Shown: positions 23,101 through 35,400, counted from the first letter of the stretch. The stretch: DNA of 59,069 nucleotides from Ruditapes philippinarum (GCF_026571515.1 NW_026856668.1:496001-555069); one strand, 5' to 3'. Numbers and translations: made by a program. The notes: a model not told the origin generated them from the letters alone.

Positions 23101-26100
23101 TGGATTTGACTGTACAGGAGATTCGACTGAGATCAAAACATGTGGAGAAGCCGATTGTCCGGTTAATGGGGCATGGGGGAGCTGGGAACCTTGGTTGCAG
23201 TGTTCACAGAATTGTGGATTAGGAACCCAAACAAGATACAGGTATTGCGACAGCCCAATACCTCAAAATGGAGGTAAAACTTGTACGGGATATGGTCTTG
23301 AAACTAAAGATTGTAATGGAAATAGTTGTCCGATTAATGGGCAATGGGGATACTGGACATCATGGACTATTTGTTCCACGAGTTGTGGACCTGGGACATA
23401 TTCTAGAAATAGAAAATGTGATTCCCCTGCTCCTAAAAATGGAGGACAGATTTGTAGTGGAAATAGCTATGAAAATGGACAATGTAGCATTGGAGTGTGT
23501 ATTGATGATGAAGCATGGAGTCCATGGTCACCTTGGAGCAGTTGTTCAAAATCATGTGGGGAAGGAAAAGTGTCAAGAACCAGAGATTGTTACAGTCCAG
23601 AACCAAATCATGTTGGGAATTATTGTTTAGGTGACAGAAACGAAAGTGTTTCATGTATATTGCGTAAATGTGCCGTGAACGGGAACTGGGGCATTTGGTC
23701 TCCTTGGAGCTTTTGTTCAATCACATGTGGACCTGGTTCTATTTCAAGAATCAGAGAGTGTAACAGTCCGGGACCAGAAAACGGCGGGAACAGCTGCTAT
23801 GGAGAATCGTCGGAAGAAATAAGTTGTTTTATGTTACCATGTCCAGTTGATGGCGGATTCGGTCCATGGTCTCCTTGGAGTAAATGTTCTGCAAGTTGTG
23901 GAATAGGTGAAAAGTCAAGATTAAGAGAATGTAATAATCCAGTCCCTGCAAATGGCGGGAAATACTGCTCTGATTTAGATTTTCAATCAAGCGTGTGTAA
24001 TGTAACAAAGTGCCCTGGTATGTATCCATTGCCGAACTGTTTATTTGATTGTAAAGGATGCTATTTAAGAATTACTTTAGCAATGTTTTAAGCATCTAGG
24101 TTAAGAAAAATGTACAAAAGAAATGATTATTTAAACCAGTGTATAAAATTGTTCTTTAAAATTATTAGTTACTAAAATCCTTTTCTTAAATACATGTATT
24201 ATGTAATTATATTACATTGTAACTTTAGAGTGGGTTGAAAATTTTGACAAATCAGTTTACGAAAAATTAGTAGTAGTACATATCTCACTTTTTATACATA
24301 TCCCATTTAGTTGATATTTGCATGGTTCTTTTGCATATCACACAGTATTCACGTAAGCATTTTATATTTTTACATAGATGCATATATTTAACCAGGATCT
24401 AGTAACTCAGTTAGTATTATGAAATAATGATTACAAAAATGATTTTTTAACATTTTTATGTACAAAATCTAATGTTTAAAACACGCACCAACTTGACAAC
24501 AAGGGGCACGCATCTATTTCTTCTAAACATTTTACCACAGAATGGGCTTGCAGCAAGCTATCCCTGAACTATCAGAGAATGCCACGCATAAGTAGTTCAA
24601 ATCACTTGCTTTTTACGTTTTTGGACAATTTGTGGAAGTCATTGGAACTTCTCCGTCATTATGCATTATTCGGTTACAGTTAACTTTGTGTCACCTGGTG
24701 TATTAGATCATGTTATATATAAGTTACAACTGCCATTGGTGACAATTCAATTTTGTCAAATCACGTAAGCGTATCTCTCGGGCAACCATGTGAAAGGTTA
24801 TTTCACCTTGCTTGCTTTCTAACATGTAAGACTAGAGAACCACCTCGTGTAATTGTTGAATATTAAAAGACAGACCAAAGAAGACAAGATTGCAAACGTT
24901 TCTATATATATCTGGTTCTTCCACCACACTAGTAATTCTCTTTTGTTAAATTATTATCAGCAGTAACAACAGCTGCAACAATAATGATTTAAATTGAAGT
25001 GAATTCATTCATAGAATATATTGGTTATTCTCCAATACCCGGTTGAATGTAATATGTATTTATCAAATAATGATTTAAGGAAAGCGGTTACTATGGCCAT
25101 CCAGCGCTAAGAACTCAAGTCATGGGCTCGAATAACGCAAAGATAAATATACACATGATACCATGATATAATGGACTAGAAATGGTCAGAAAAAACCTAT
25201 TAAACTTTTATTAAGTATTAATGTTAAAGCTTTTTTCATATTATAGCCTGATAAACATGTTGTTTTGAGTATCATGTGTTTTATATTCAGGTACTGGTCA
25301 AACAACATCAAGTCAAGCAGGCTTTTCATCAGAGACACCAGTCACTCAAGCTAGCGTAGATAAAAAGAGGAAAGAGGATGACTGTAAGATTAATGTTTTT
25401 ATTTGAATTTGATAGCTGACTCATCAATGACCAATGTTTTAATTTTGTTCTAGGCCAAAATACGCACAATCATATAGAAAATGGCGGCAGTTTTTCTATG
25501 CAATATCTTATCTACATTAAACTAAAATACACGTGAACCGTATTGTACATAATATTAATTGAAACCCACCAGTTCCTGCGTTAACAAAGAGGGCAGTGTT
25601 TACAACAGCTGCTGCTGAAGTATTTTATTAGTTTATTTCAACTGTTTTCTTCCCTGAGAACATCGGAGATATAGCGTCAGCCTTGATTTTGATGAACTTA
25701 TTCAATACCATTGTCTGGAAAGGTCATATATTAATATGTAAATTTGAAGCATGGTTAGAGTACAATGTTGTGCAGGATGCCCTGGCTCTATTCAAATTCC
25801 GTTGTGCTTTCTAATGGCTGTATTTACATTATTTTTCAGCAAATATGGGGGCTATCATTGGTGGAACTGTTGGCGGGTTGCTGCTGCTTCTTCTTCTGTT
25901 ACTCCTTCTCGTCTGTTTTATCAGGTAATGTTCAGTGTAACTAAATGTAATGTATCATAATTATAGTCTATTTTTAACTACTAGTTTAATTTTAACTTTC
26001 ATATTCCAATGGACGCAGTCTGACTCAAAAGTACATGACATATATGAAGGAATTGTATGGGTTTGTTTGTCTAACACTGTCTAAGGTTAATATGTGATAA

Positions 26101-27339
26101 GTCACGGACGTTTAGCACATGGTATTTCAAAATCTAAAATATATGAGCCGCACCATGACAAAACCAACATAAAGGGTTTGCGACCAGCATGGATCCAGAC
26201 CAGCCTGCGCATCCGCGCAGTCTGATCAGGATCCATGCTGTTCGCTTACCAACCCTATTACAAGTTGAGAAACTGATAGCGAACAGCATGGATCCTGATC
26301 AGATTGCGCGGATGTGCAGGCTTGTCTGGATCCATGCTGGTCACAAACGCATTATGTTGGTTTTGTCATGGCACGGTTCATATATCAGACTATCTAAGCG
26401 TAATACTCCCTTCCATCCGGACTTGTGACAGCAAGTTGAATTTTGCAGTTTTTTATTAACAACAACAAAAAAGACAAGGGACCTTCTAGTAAGACTAAGG
26501 CGTTTTCAAAAAATATCTGTTCAGGTCGCTGTGAGAATACCATGTCGGCATGAGGAGGGGGTATAATTCATTGAACCTCTGAAAACGTTTTCATTATATT
26601 TTGTAGAAGACGGAGGAGAAAGGAGGTCAAACGTCGGCCGTCAGAAGGTGACAGATCTGTCAGATACATATCACAAGGTGATGATGTGACGGTCACGGAG
26701 AACCAACTATACAATTATGATGGAGAGACTCCGAGCCATGCAGTAAACGCTCTGTTTGTAGGTGGAATCCCCGAAACCCCACAGAGTCCAGGTTATATTC
26801 CTCACTTCAGTACAGACACCGGCGACAGGTATGCCGTCATAATGGACTCCAATCGAACAAAGCCGAAAACAAAAGAAAGACCAAAACTAGACACATTTAA
26901 TTCGCAGGAAGAAAATGCAAAGGCAGAACCAAACGGCGATGTAAGAGCTTCAACGGACACAGTCAAACTTGCTGAAAATTACAATGATGACCAGCTTGGA
27001 AGAGGTGTCGACAACCCTGGCTATGAGGATAGCTATATTGCCCCGTACGACTCTGCCGAAGGAGGGACAAAACCAAAAACTAGTTCATCTTCTCCTTCAC
27101 CGTACGATTATATTGACAATGAAAAACTAAAACGAGACGATGCCGATTTTGAGGATGATAAGTTGGCAGGAGATTATGCTACACTTCCGGATGACGGAAA
27201 TGAAGATGGTGACAACGATGCGGAAAATAACGAAAGATACAAGCGGTTTATCAGCAGTGAACCGGAAGATTCGGCTGATGACGGATACTTGAAATCCCCT
27301 AAACGTGACAATGTTTTTGAATTTCCCGATACAAGCTAG
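11171..27339 (+). CDS. Multi-exon gene for a type I membrane protein with 11 TSP1 repeats (hemicentin/SCO-spondin/coadhesin-like repeats), 1109 aa
   Basis: Thirteen phase-consistent GT-AG exons: 11171-11231 (signal peptide [20 protein letters not shown]), 12811-12843, 15386-15533, 16068-16237, 16955-17014, 17492-17683, 18577-18768, 19900-20091, 20454-20624, 22818-24017, 25291-25383, 25840-25924 ([11 protein letters not shown] + poly-Leu + VCFI) and 26607-27339. They sum to 3330 nt with no internal stop. An extra exon in the N gap cannot be excluded. Confidence 0.85.
12351..12504. other. Assembly gap (154 N)
   Basis: Run of n characters. Confidence 1.
13308..13653. mobile_element. TTAA-type (Kolobok-like) MITE
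   Basis: TTAA|AGCTGCACGCCTCCAGAT ... ATCTGGAGGCATGCTGCT|TTAA, a 16/18 inverted match. Confidence 0.8.
13689..15165 (+). mobile_element. Second HINE-type element with 8 internal ~145-bp tandem repeats
   Basis: 5' TTTATACCCCCC...GGGGGGTATA hairpin and (GTCC)n microsatellite. Units start near 13801, 13946, 14091, 14236, 14380, 14526, 14671 and 14816. The 3' end has inverted copy GGGGGTAT, hairpin GCCA-TGATAT-TGGC and CTAGTT. Confidence 0.85.
17492..17683 (+). CDS. TSP1 repeat exon 1
   Basis: [34 protein letters not shown]...; TTTCAG acceptor, GTAAG donor, phase 1-1. Confidence 0.92.
17782..18152. mobile_element. TTAA-type MITE
   Basis: TTAA|AGATCCTGT ... ACAGGATCT|TTAA. Confidence 0.65.
18577..18768 (+). 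CDS. TSP1 repeat exon 2
   Basis: [34 protein letters not shown]...CP, phase 1-1. Missed by the ORF track. Confidence 0.92.
19433..19565 (+). mobile_element. 5'-truncated SINE (CORE-SINE-like) with a 13-bp TSD
   Basis: AAAACCTCGAAAA at 19420-19432 and 19566-19578. The body GAGCAAGAAACTT...CATTGCTTAGTACTGGTTGG...CACAATCGAACTAAAAT is homologous to 32820-32950. Confidence 0.75.
19900..20091 (+). CDS. TSP1 repeat exon 3 (duplicate of exon 2)
   Basis: [34 protein letters not shown]...CP, phase 1-1. Confidence 0.92.
20454..20624 (+). CDS. TSP1 repeat exon 4
   Basis: [57 protein letters not shown], phase 1-1. Confidence 0.92.
21949..22189. mobile_element. Palindromic MITE (~240 bp), copy 1
   Basis: TGAGCCGCGTCACGACAAAACCAACAT ... 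ATGTTGGTTTTGTCATGACGCGGTTCA with ~110-bp inverted arms. Homologous to 26142 and 43028. Confidence 0.9.
22818..24017 (+). CDS. Single 1200-nt exon encoding seven TSP1 repeats
   Basis: ORF 22808-24091 shows seven WxxWxxC..CG..R.R.C..P.P..GG..C units. TTGTAG acceptor at 22817, GTATGT donor at 24018. Confidence 0.95.
25840..25924 (+). CDS. Transmembrane exon of the TSP1 receptor
   Basis: [13 protein letters not shown] + poly-Leu + VCFIR, followed in the next exon by the basic stop-transfer RRRRK. Confidence 0.9.
26142..26382. mobile_element. Palindromic MITE, copy 2, TA TSD
   Basis: TA|TATGAGCCGCACCATGACAAAACC ... GGTTTTGTCATGGCACGGTTCATA|TA. Confidence 0.9.
26607..27339 (+). CDS. Last coding exon: acidic, Tyr-rich cytoplasmic tail
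   Basis: TTGTAG acceptor, in frame with ORF 26686-27339. AATAAA occurs downstream at ~27522 and ~27640. Confidence 0.88.
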
Positions 27340-29435
27340 ACGTTAATATTTCAAATTTTACAAATACTGAGAAAAATATCAACGCATAAATTTAACAGTG
27401 TCAAAATGAAATCAGTGGTTCATTTCTACTTTACCAATTAGGTTCAGTAATTTAGGTTGTGCACTCGTGCTGATCACGTAAATCGAGATCTGTATCTTGA
27501 AAGTTAACCGAATTTATGGCTAATAAAATATGGCGGCAAACATATTGAATCGTGTTTATTAAGCTGTTGACAAGCCATTTCATTCTATTTTAGTCATTGT
27601 TACGCGTGATAAAACATGACTATTAGAGGACAATGTACAAATAAAGAAAGATGTAAGATGTTCATAACAAGCGTTTAGATAAGTGAACAGATGACGTTGC
27701 ACTAGCTCCTGTCGATGTGTCCTATATGGTGACCTTCATCCCATCAGTCTCCATTTATTATGAGTATTGCCAATGTGACTGAAAACCGAATATAAACAAT
27801 GCAATGTGAGTAGTCAAAATATTTTGACGTGCCAAAGCTATATTTTGAGATATTTCTGTTCTGTTTCAGATTCTCGCTATTGTGCAGATTTCAAATAGCA
27901 CAATAACATCAGTAAAAATACATCCTGTATATCCTTTTATGTCAATTATGGGCGTATCAAACAGTGAAGTAAGTTAAGTGACTGTGAAATATGTTCAGAT
28001 TGAAATATGTGATTAATCTGTGTTCATGATAAATCGTTTGTTTTTTTTTTCTCAATTATTTAACATTCAAGAAGCTTTATTTCAATTTTTAATGGTTTAT
28101 ATTTAAATCGGAGATTTAAGTTATGTTAGTAGTGAAATATAAATGACTTGACATAGAGCTACCATTCACACAAACGCTTGTTTATAAACATTTTAGACGT
28201 TTATCTTTAAAATCAAAACAATTTTTTCATTGTTTATATAATGAGCATTATTTGATATTTTGCGCGTTTTTTATGAATTTATTTTCCACCTTTTGAAGGA
28301 TCAAAAACTGTGTTTTGTAATAGAAAATTTTTTGTTTATACATGTAAATATGTAAACAAAAACAGCGTCCGACTCATTTTTGGCATTCACCTCAAAATTA
28401 TTTACTAATTAGTTTATAGTATTGTAAATATTGTTGTTCAAATGTGTGGTGCTAAAGATTTGTGACATGTCTGTTACATAGGTACTCGCAAGGTCCGGAA
28501 AAATTCGGAGAATTTCGTTAACTTTCCGCGCCTTATAGTGATTGTATATACCGTAAGAAATAAATACAAGCTACGGAAAATTACGATGTTGGCCGATTGG
28601 GTTATACGGCCTTGTCAAACTAATTGGTGCTGTAAATATGTCTGTATTTTACTTTGCAAAGAAATCATGGCTATTTAATCAGTTACTAAAAAAAATCCAC
28701 AACATGTGTTTGTTTTGTTAAAAACGCGCACACAAGTAGATTCAGTAAGTAGGTGCCATATTTTGTTATTAATATGCAGATTCACAATTGTTATATTCTA
28801 TATCATTTGATGTTTATCAATGCACGTGATATATTAAAAACTTTATAAAATTTATAAAAACGTTTTTGAATATTTTTCATTTTTATCTCTTATAAACGGA
28901 AAGGTACAGGTCAATGGTTAAAAGCATAAATTGTTTACTAAAACTGAGGCTACACTTATAAAACTGTAACATGTTAACCAAAATCTGGGTATAAACTTAA
29001 AAAAAACGGATAAAAATCGCTGGGTCTATGCTGTAACGCTGCACAAATCACCTCGATCTATACTGTAACATTGTTTATTTTACGAACAGGAAAAAAGGTT
29101 CAACTGGTCATTTACTTTTATAAACGTTTCCTAACATAAAGGACTACCGGATTCGGTTCCTTACAAGCAAAGCACAAAACATCTTTTAGGAACTGAACTA
29201 CTTGTAGTATGGAACGGGACCTGTCCCCCCAACAAATAATCCTCCATCTTTAAAATTCTATACTGTAACAGGAAAACGTGATACTGTAACACGTTCCCTA
29301 CGGTGTAAATGAAATAGAATCTTGAAAGCGTAGCAGACGTTATGAGGCTTGTGCATCAAAAACAGTTGTCAAAAGATAATTTTGCAATCTATTAAAATAA
29401 TGGACTATTTTGCTACTCACTTCATATTTTATTGT

Positions 29436-32400
29436 TTACCATAAATATTGACAAATAAATGCATTATGATCAGTACAGTGTAAATCATTTAAGAGATAAA
29501 GTCTGTCAAGATCTGGTCTATTATAGTAATGAAGCGATGCACAATGTTCGGTGTCACTGCTTGGCTCTCCCACGTGCCATAGTCCCTGACCTATCGTCTG
29601 CTTTGTCGTCTGCCATGTAAATACACTCGGGTCATTCTGACTTTGTTTTCCGCCAACCCAATATTTAGCTATAAAAATAAAATAAAGGTATATCTGACTG
29701 CAAAACTTATATAACCTTTGTATCTTTTTTCATTGTTAACATGAAAATGTCAAAATGGCGACTTTCTATCCGTACTGACGGAGAACCACCATCATGCCAC
29801 AATGAACAAATAGGAAACTGTACCGAAACGCAAACATACTGTAAGTTTTTTTTTGTTGGTATTTTGGTATGTCTTGCTTACCAATCTGAAAGGACCAACA
29901 GCTTTGTTGACAGTCAAATTTAAAGCAGACCCATTGAGCATCGGTTCGGAAATGTTTGTTGCAGTCTTAATCTGCATAAAACAACATCAACGTTAAACTA
30001 GTTTAATGTTATACCGTCGCCTTGACAACATTCAAAATGAAGCATTTGTTTACTTTTCATAGATATATACCTGTATTGCTCACATTTCAAATAACAAGCT
30101 AAAAAATAATATCTGTTCGGGGTTGTTAAGTCATCGTATTATTCCATACTTTGCTCAGTGTGTGTTTGGATAGACGTTTCGGCATACCAAACTCCGACGC
30201 AGTGGTCCACCTTTGCTTCGCTAGCCAAAAATACCCCCACTGTGATGAGTTTGTCAGTATACTTAGAAAGCCGAGGAGTTTAAGTAATAGAAAGAGCATC
30301 GAAACACGAGGCTATCTGATTTGTACGAGGGGGGCATAGCCCCCGAGTATAAATCAGATTGCCGAGTGTTTTGGTGTTCTTTCTCTTTTGTATCATAGTC
30401 AAACATAAAAACCTGTTCCCTGATACCACAATATGAAACCCCACAAAAAAGGAACCAATGAACGAGCATCTGAATATGATATTTCCATCGCTATCCCTTC
30501 CTCTGTCGTCACAATATGTAAACCCCGGACAAAATGAACCAATCACTGGGCACGCTCTGGTGTGCGGGTAACTAATACCTGCACTCCAGTTAACGCACTG
30601 TGCATGTATATGTATACGATTTAACTCTGTCACATTTTCAACAGAAAGGTCCCCAAACTATGATACAATCATCTTTAAAATTCCATTGATATTATAAAAC
30701 GGTCGCAGAGTTTACAGTACACCTCTTGTTTCAAGAAACCGTGTCTTTTTAGTAACTTGCGTTACAAAAGCAGAATCAAAACTATTCGGCGTACTTTGCT
30801 ATGTACAGTACTTCCCGCAGCTTAAAGGAACATTTTACCTCAGAAACAAAAATATTTTTCATATTTAGAAAGAACAAATATGAGGTTTATAATGTTTAAA
30901 TAATGGTTTTAGAGCACGTTAGGTGCTTATTGTTTAAGGCGAGTATAGCAGAATGTGCGTGCAGGTATTTGTCATCAAGGCAGCAAAGTGTAAACAATGA
31001 TGTAGTTGGACTTCCATACAAAATACTTTATCATTATATATTTCTACTAATAGTAAAAAAGGGGCAAAAGAAGATTCAGGAGGTTAGACTAATGAGCAAC
31101 TTTTCGGAAACTATAACAGGACACAAAAATAAAAAGCCTTTTTAAGAAATGAAAATAAAAACATGACTTGGATGTAATGACCATCCAAAGAGCAGGGTTC
31201 ACACATATTCATGGTTGCCATAACAACGTAATATACAGAAATAAGGAGAAAAACATTACCTTTTACAATTGCCAAAGTTCTTAAGAACTTATCAAAAAAC
31301 TTTATCTTTGCTATTGTATTCGGTTCGACGAGAGCCGCGTGTTCCGAATGGCATTTGTCTTGCGCTTGTTGCCATGTCCACATTGTAGTGTATATTTTAA
31401 AGCACATCCCAACAGCTGCAGAGTACAAATAGCTTTTGTCCGGACATTCCCCTGAAAAAAATGTGTTGTATTTACCAAATCTCAAAATAAATGAAAAATA
31501 CTTTGATATTGACGAAATTGGCTTGAACCATGATGGTATGATGCCGGTGGTGAGGATGAACAACTGTGCGATACGGGCGACACAGCATCGATAGTACAAT
31601 TATAAATGTAAAATGTCGATTACACTTTCAACTACCTCTACAATATCAAGGTATTGATGTAGTAATATCGTTACAATATCGAGGTAATGATGCAGAAATA
31701 TCGTTACAATATCGAGGTTTTGATTTAATGATATCGTTACAATATTTATGTATTGATGTAGTAATATCGTTACAATATCGATGTATTGATGTACATGTAG
31801 TTATATCGTTACAATATCGGGGTATGATATTGAAATACCGTTACAATATCGAGGTATTGATGTAGAAATATCGTTACAATATCGCAGTTCTAAGTAGAAA
31901 TATCGTCACAATATCGATGTATTGATGTAATAATATCGTTAGAATATCAAGGTATTGATGTAGTAATATCGTTACAGTATCGATATTTTGATGTAAAAAT
32001 ATTGTTACAATATCGAGGCATTGATGTAGTAATGACGTTACAGTATCGATGTATTGATGTTAAAATATCGTTACAATATTGCGTTTTTGATGAAGTAATA
32101 TCGTTAAAATATCGATTTATTGATGTCGAAATATCGATATAACATCGCAGTATTGATACAGTAATATAGTTACAATATTGATGTATTGATATAGTAATAT
32201 CGTTTTAATATCGAGATATTGATGAGAAATATCGTAACTACATGTAAATCGATATATTGATGTAAAAATATCGTTACAAAATCGAGGTATTGATGTAATA
32301 ATATCGTTTAACAACTATAGGGTTGTATTGGAATCCGAGTCGGTGATACCCCTGACGAAAAGAAAACATCTGAAGTTTATTAAATTACATTTGGAATTAG

Positions 32401-35400
32401 AAACAATTTGGAATTATAAACAAAGCTGGACTAATTCATCAAATGCTTATCTTATTCGATCTATTAAGTTTTATTGTTTGGTGACTCTCCAGTATCCATT
32501 GAATAAACAACAGAACATATGCAAATTAGCTTTAAAAGTTAACAATAAAGAGTTTATACAGTCAAACCTGTGTTAAAGACCACCTTCGAAAAAAGACCAA
32601 TATTTGAATAAAGACCATTCTTCGGTAAACCTCTATTGATTAAAAGAACTAAGTTACCTCAAAATAAAGATCACTTGTCTGTAAAGGCCATATTCAGTAT
32701 CTCCTTTGGATGGCCTTTGTTCACAGATTTGATTGTATAGTCAGTGAACGGATTCCAAAGACTTTAACCACCCAGTAATCTAAGGATTTCTGATCGCGCG
32801 GGTTCAAACCCTGTCAGGGGCAAGCCATAGTTTTCATAACATTCATTGCTCAGCACTGGTTGGTTGGTTACAGGAACAGATTAGAGATTGCTTCAATAAG
32901 TTTATAGGTTCCAACACAATCGAACTAAAATGAATTTGTATAAACTAAAACACTGCACATTAACTGATCAAACGGAAGACATACTTGTGAAGCCTATTTC
33001 ACATATGAAATAAGAAGGTAGCGAACAGTTGTCGTCATTCAGGAGAATACGGTGTGCTTGATCAGCAAAATATGTGGCCGCGGCACAATTCTCGTGAAAT
33101 CCCTCTGGGTATCTGAAATTATGAAAATACATTTCCTTTAAGAATGAAATAAATGGTCATAATTTAAAATGCTTTGACTATCAGATTCCTGTCCTGAAAC
33201 AGACTACTTTTGAAACACTGAATCATTGTCGAATATTGATACCTTAAACTGCATGTGAACACGAAAAGAAAACCTCAATTATCAGGATCTTAACCAAGTC
33301 AGGACTATAAAATATGAAAAGACACAAAATTGCAAGAAGAAAGGTGTACGTTTTTATAATAAAATCGGTTCTTTTGTTTAGTTGGTTAAAGGGTTACACA
33401 TATTTGAGCAAATGTGATTAATGAATTTTCAGCTGTACTGAAAGAACCGCCGACCGTTGGATAGCTTCACAATCACAAATTCTTTGTTTGTTTGATTGGG
33501 TTTAACATCACACCGATACAGTATAGGTCATATGGCGACGTTCCAGCTTTCCTGGTGGAGGAAGACCTCAGGTGCTTCCGTGCATTACTTTAGGCCTGCA
33601 TTATTATTTCCGGCACCTGAGTAGAACCACCATCACAAATATCTATTATAGTTATAATGTTATAATTAACAAACCCAGCATCATTCGGCTCCCCTGGGTG
33701 AAAGTAGAGTTTGGTGTCAACAGTTGTATTGTCAACCCAAAGCCAAGTTCCTTCATGTCCAAGATCAGAAGCTCCAACCCAGTAGCGTGACGTCACGGCT
33801 ATTATTTGCAGGATAGATAAAGAATTAATGTAAGTCTTAGACTTAATAAATTAAATTTTATTTCAAAGATGTTTATGTTTAACAAGTATCTAACTAGGTT
33901 TATAATATATTTTATATATATCATGGTGACAAAAATGACATTATTTTGTGATTTTTACATAAAAGTGCAATTTTCATTTAAGATAATGAAACAGTTATGA
34001 AACATTTACATGTCAAATTCAATAACCAGGTTTCAAAATAAAATTCTTCCGGTTTGTCATGAAATATAACCAGATCTCCGCCATCTTCAATGCACTTGTC
34101 ACGTGATTGTTGCCATGATAATTTTCGATCACTGTACGGTTTGAAGCACTTGTCGTAAAAATTTAGATACCTGTATCCCACTATCTTACATTGCTGGTCT
34201 GAAATAAATTGATTATTTGTTAATATACATGGAGTAGGTATATTTGAGTTACATAAGAGGAAAGCACTTTCAAAAAGTTCATGAAATACAGTTCACGTCG
34301 TCACTTCCGGAGTTTAAGTGTAAACGACAAAGATGCTTTTTTTTTAAAGATCATGTGATGTTAAGAAATTTGATTAATGAATCTGTTCCCTCATTTCTGG
34401 AAAAAGCTCAAAAATGATATAGATTTAGATAAAAGTATATAACTTGTAGCTCAGTTTGAGGGACTCATCTGAGTTCGAACTTCAAAACTTTGTCGTGTAT
34501 TCAATGAATTTGAAATTTTGGTACCAATGTTAGGAGATGCTGACGGAGGAATTTTGGGACAAGGGTGGCCAATCAACGTGTCAAACAAATGTATTGAATA
34601 TAAATAGTGATGACAAAGAGCAATTAAAAATATTCAATTCTAGAATCGAGAAAGTGACCGAAACAATAAATATCATTTACAGATAAAGACTATGGTATGC
34701 AAACGTCATTGTTCGGGTAAAACAAGTTTCATACTTTAGGATTGTCGTAAAATAGATTGCTATAACCTTCGATTGCGATTTATTCATCTAAATTAAAACT
34801 AAACACCATAATTATTTAACTAAGCAGTCCAGTAACTGAACTGTCTAGATGTGGCTGAGCTGTCTAGGTTTCACTGTATTTATTTGAATCACTTAATATA
34901 GGGAGATTGACACATTTCCAGAAAGATTTTTATTTGTTGAATCCCTTTATTCCCCCATCTAGCATGCTTGCTCAACTAATGGTTAGCATATGCTGCGCCC
35001 TTATCTTTAAATCACGAGCTCTACACTTACCATTTCAGGTTTTATAACGTCATTTTTTACCAATACTAGTAAAACATTGAGCTTTGTTGAGAAGGCATGA
35101 TGCAATAAGCTTAACAAAAATATCTAGTGACAAATCGTAAGCATGGTGGACAAGAGTCAGTATGTTGGAATCGGGGAAGTATTAAGTTAATGTCGCTAAT
35201 ACTAAGTTTTAATAGTTGTATACCTAAAGTAGTTTGACTGAGCATACCTTTAGAGTACATTGTAGGCGCCGGAAATGGCAGAATTTGAGACTGTGTTGTC
35301 TTGTAACTTGTTGTTGATGTGATGGCGGTCGTCGGCTTCGACGGAATCATCAAAGTTACAGAATTACAATTGCTGAAAATGTAAAAAAGTTTTAGAATGT

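Noticed and set aside
22846-24029. Several overlapping ORFs in other frames and on the minus strand
   Set aside because: Shadows of the TSP1 exon.
11171-27339. Calling the gene HMCN1, SSPO or SEMA5
   Set aside because: Only the TSP1 repeats are shared. There are no Ig, vWD, LDLa or Sema domains, so no symbol is assigned.
30280-30633. 117-aa minus-strand ORF as a possible lectin-gene exon
   Set aside because: No lectin motifs. The gene splices in frame from 31260 directly to 29668.
31637-32311. CRISPR-like regular repeat (also considered for 48040-48460)
   Set aside because: Units are head-to-tail with no unique spacers, there are no cas genes, and the context is eukaryotic.
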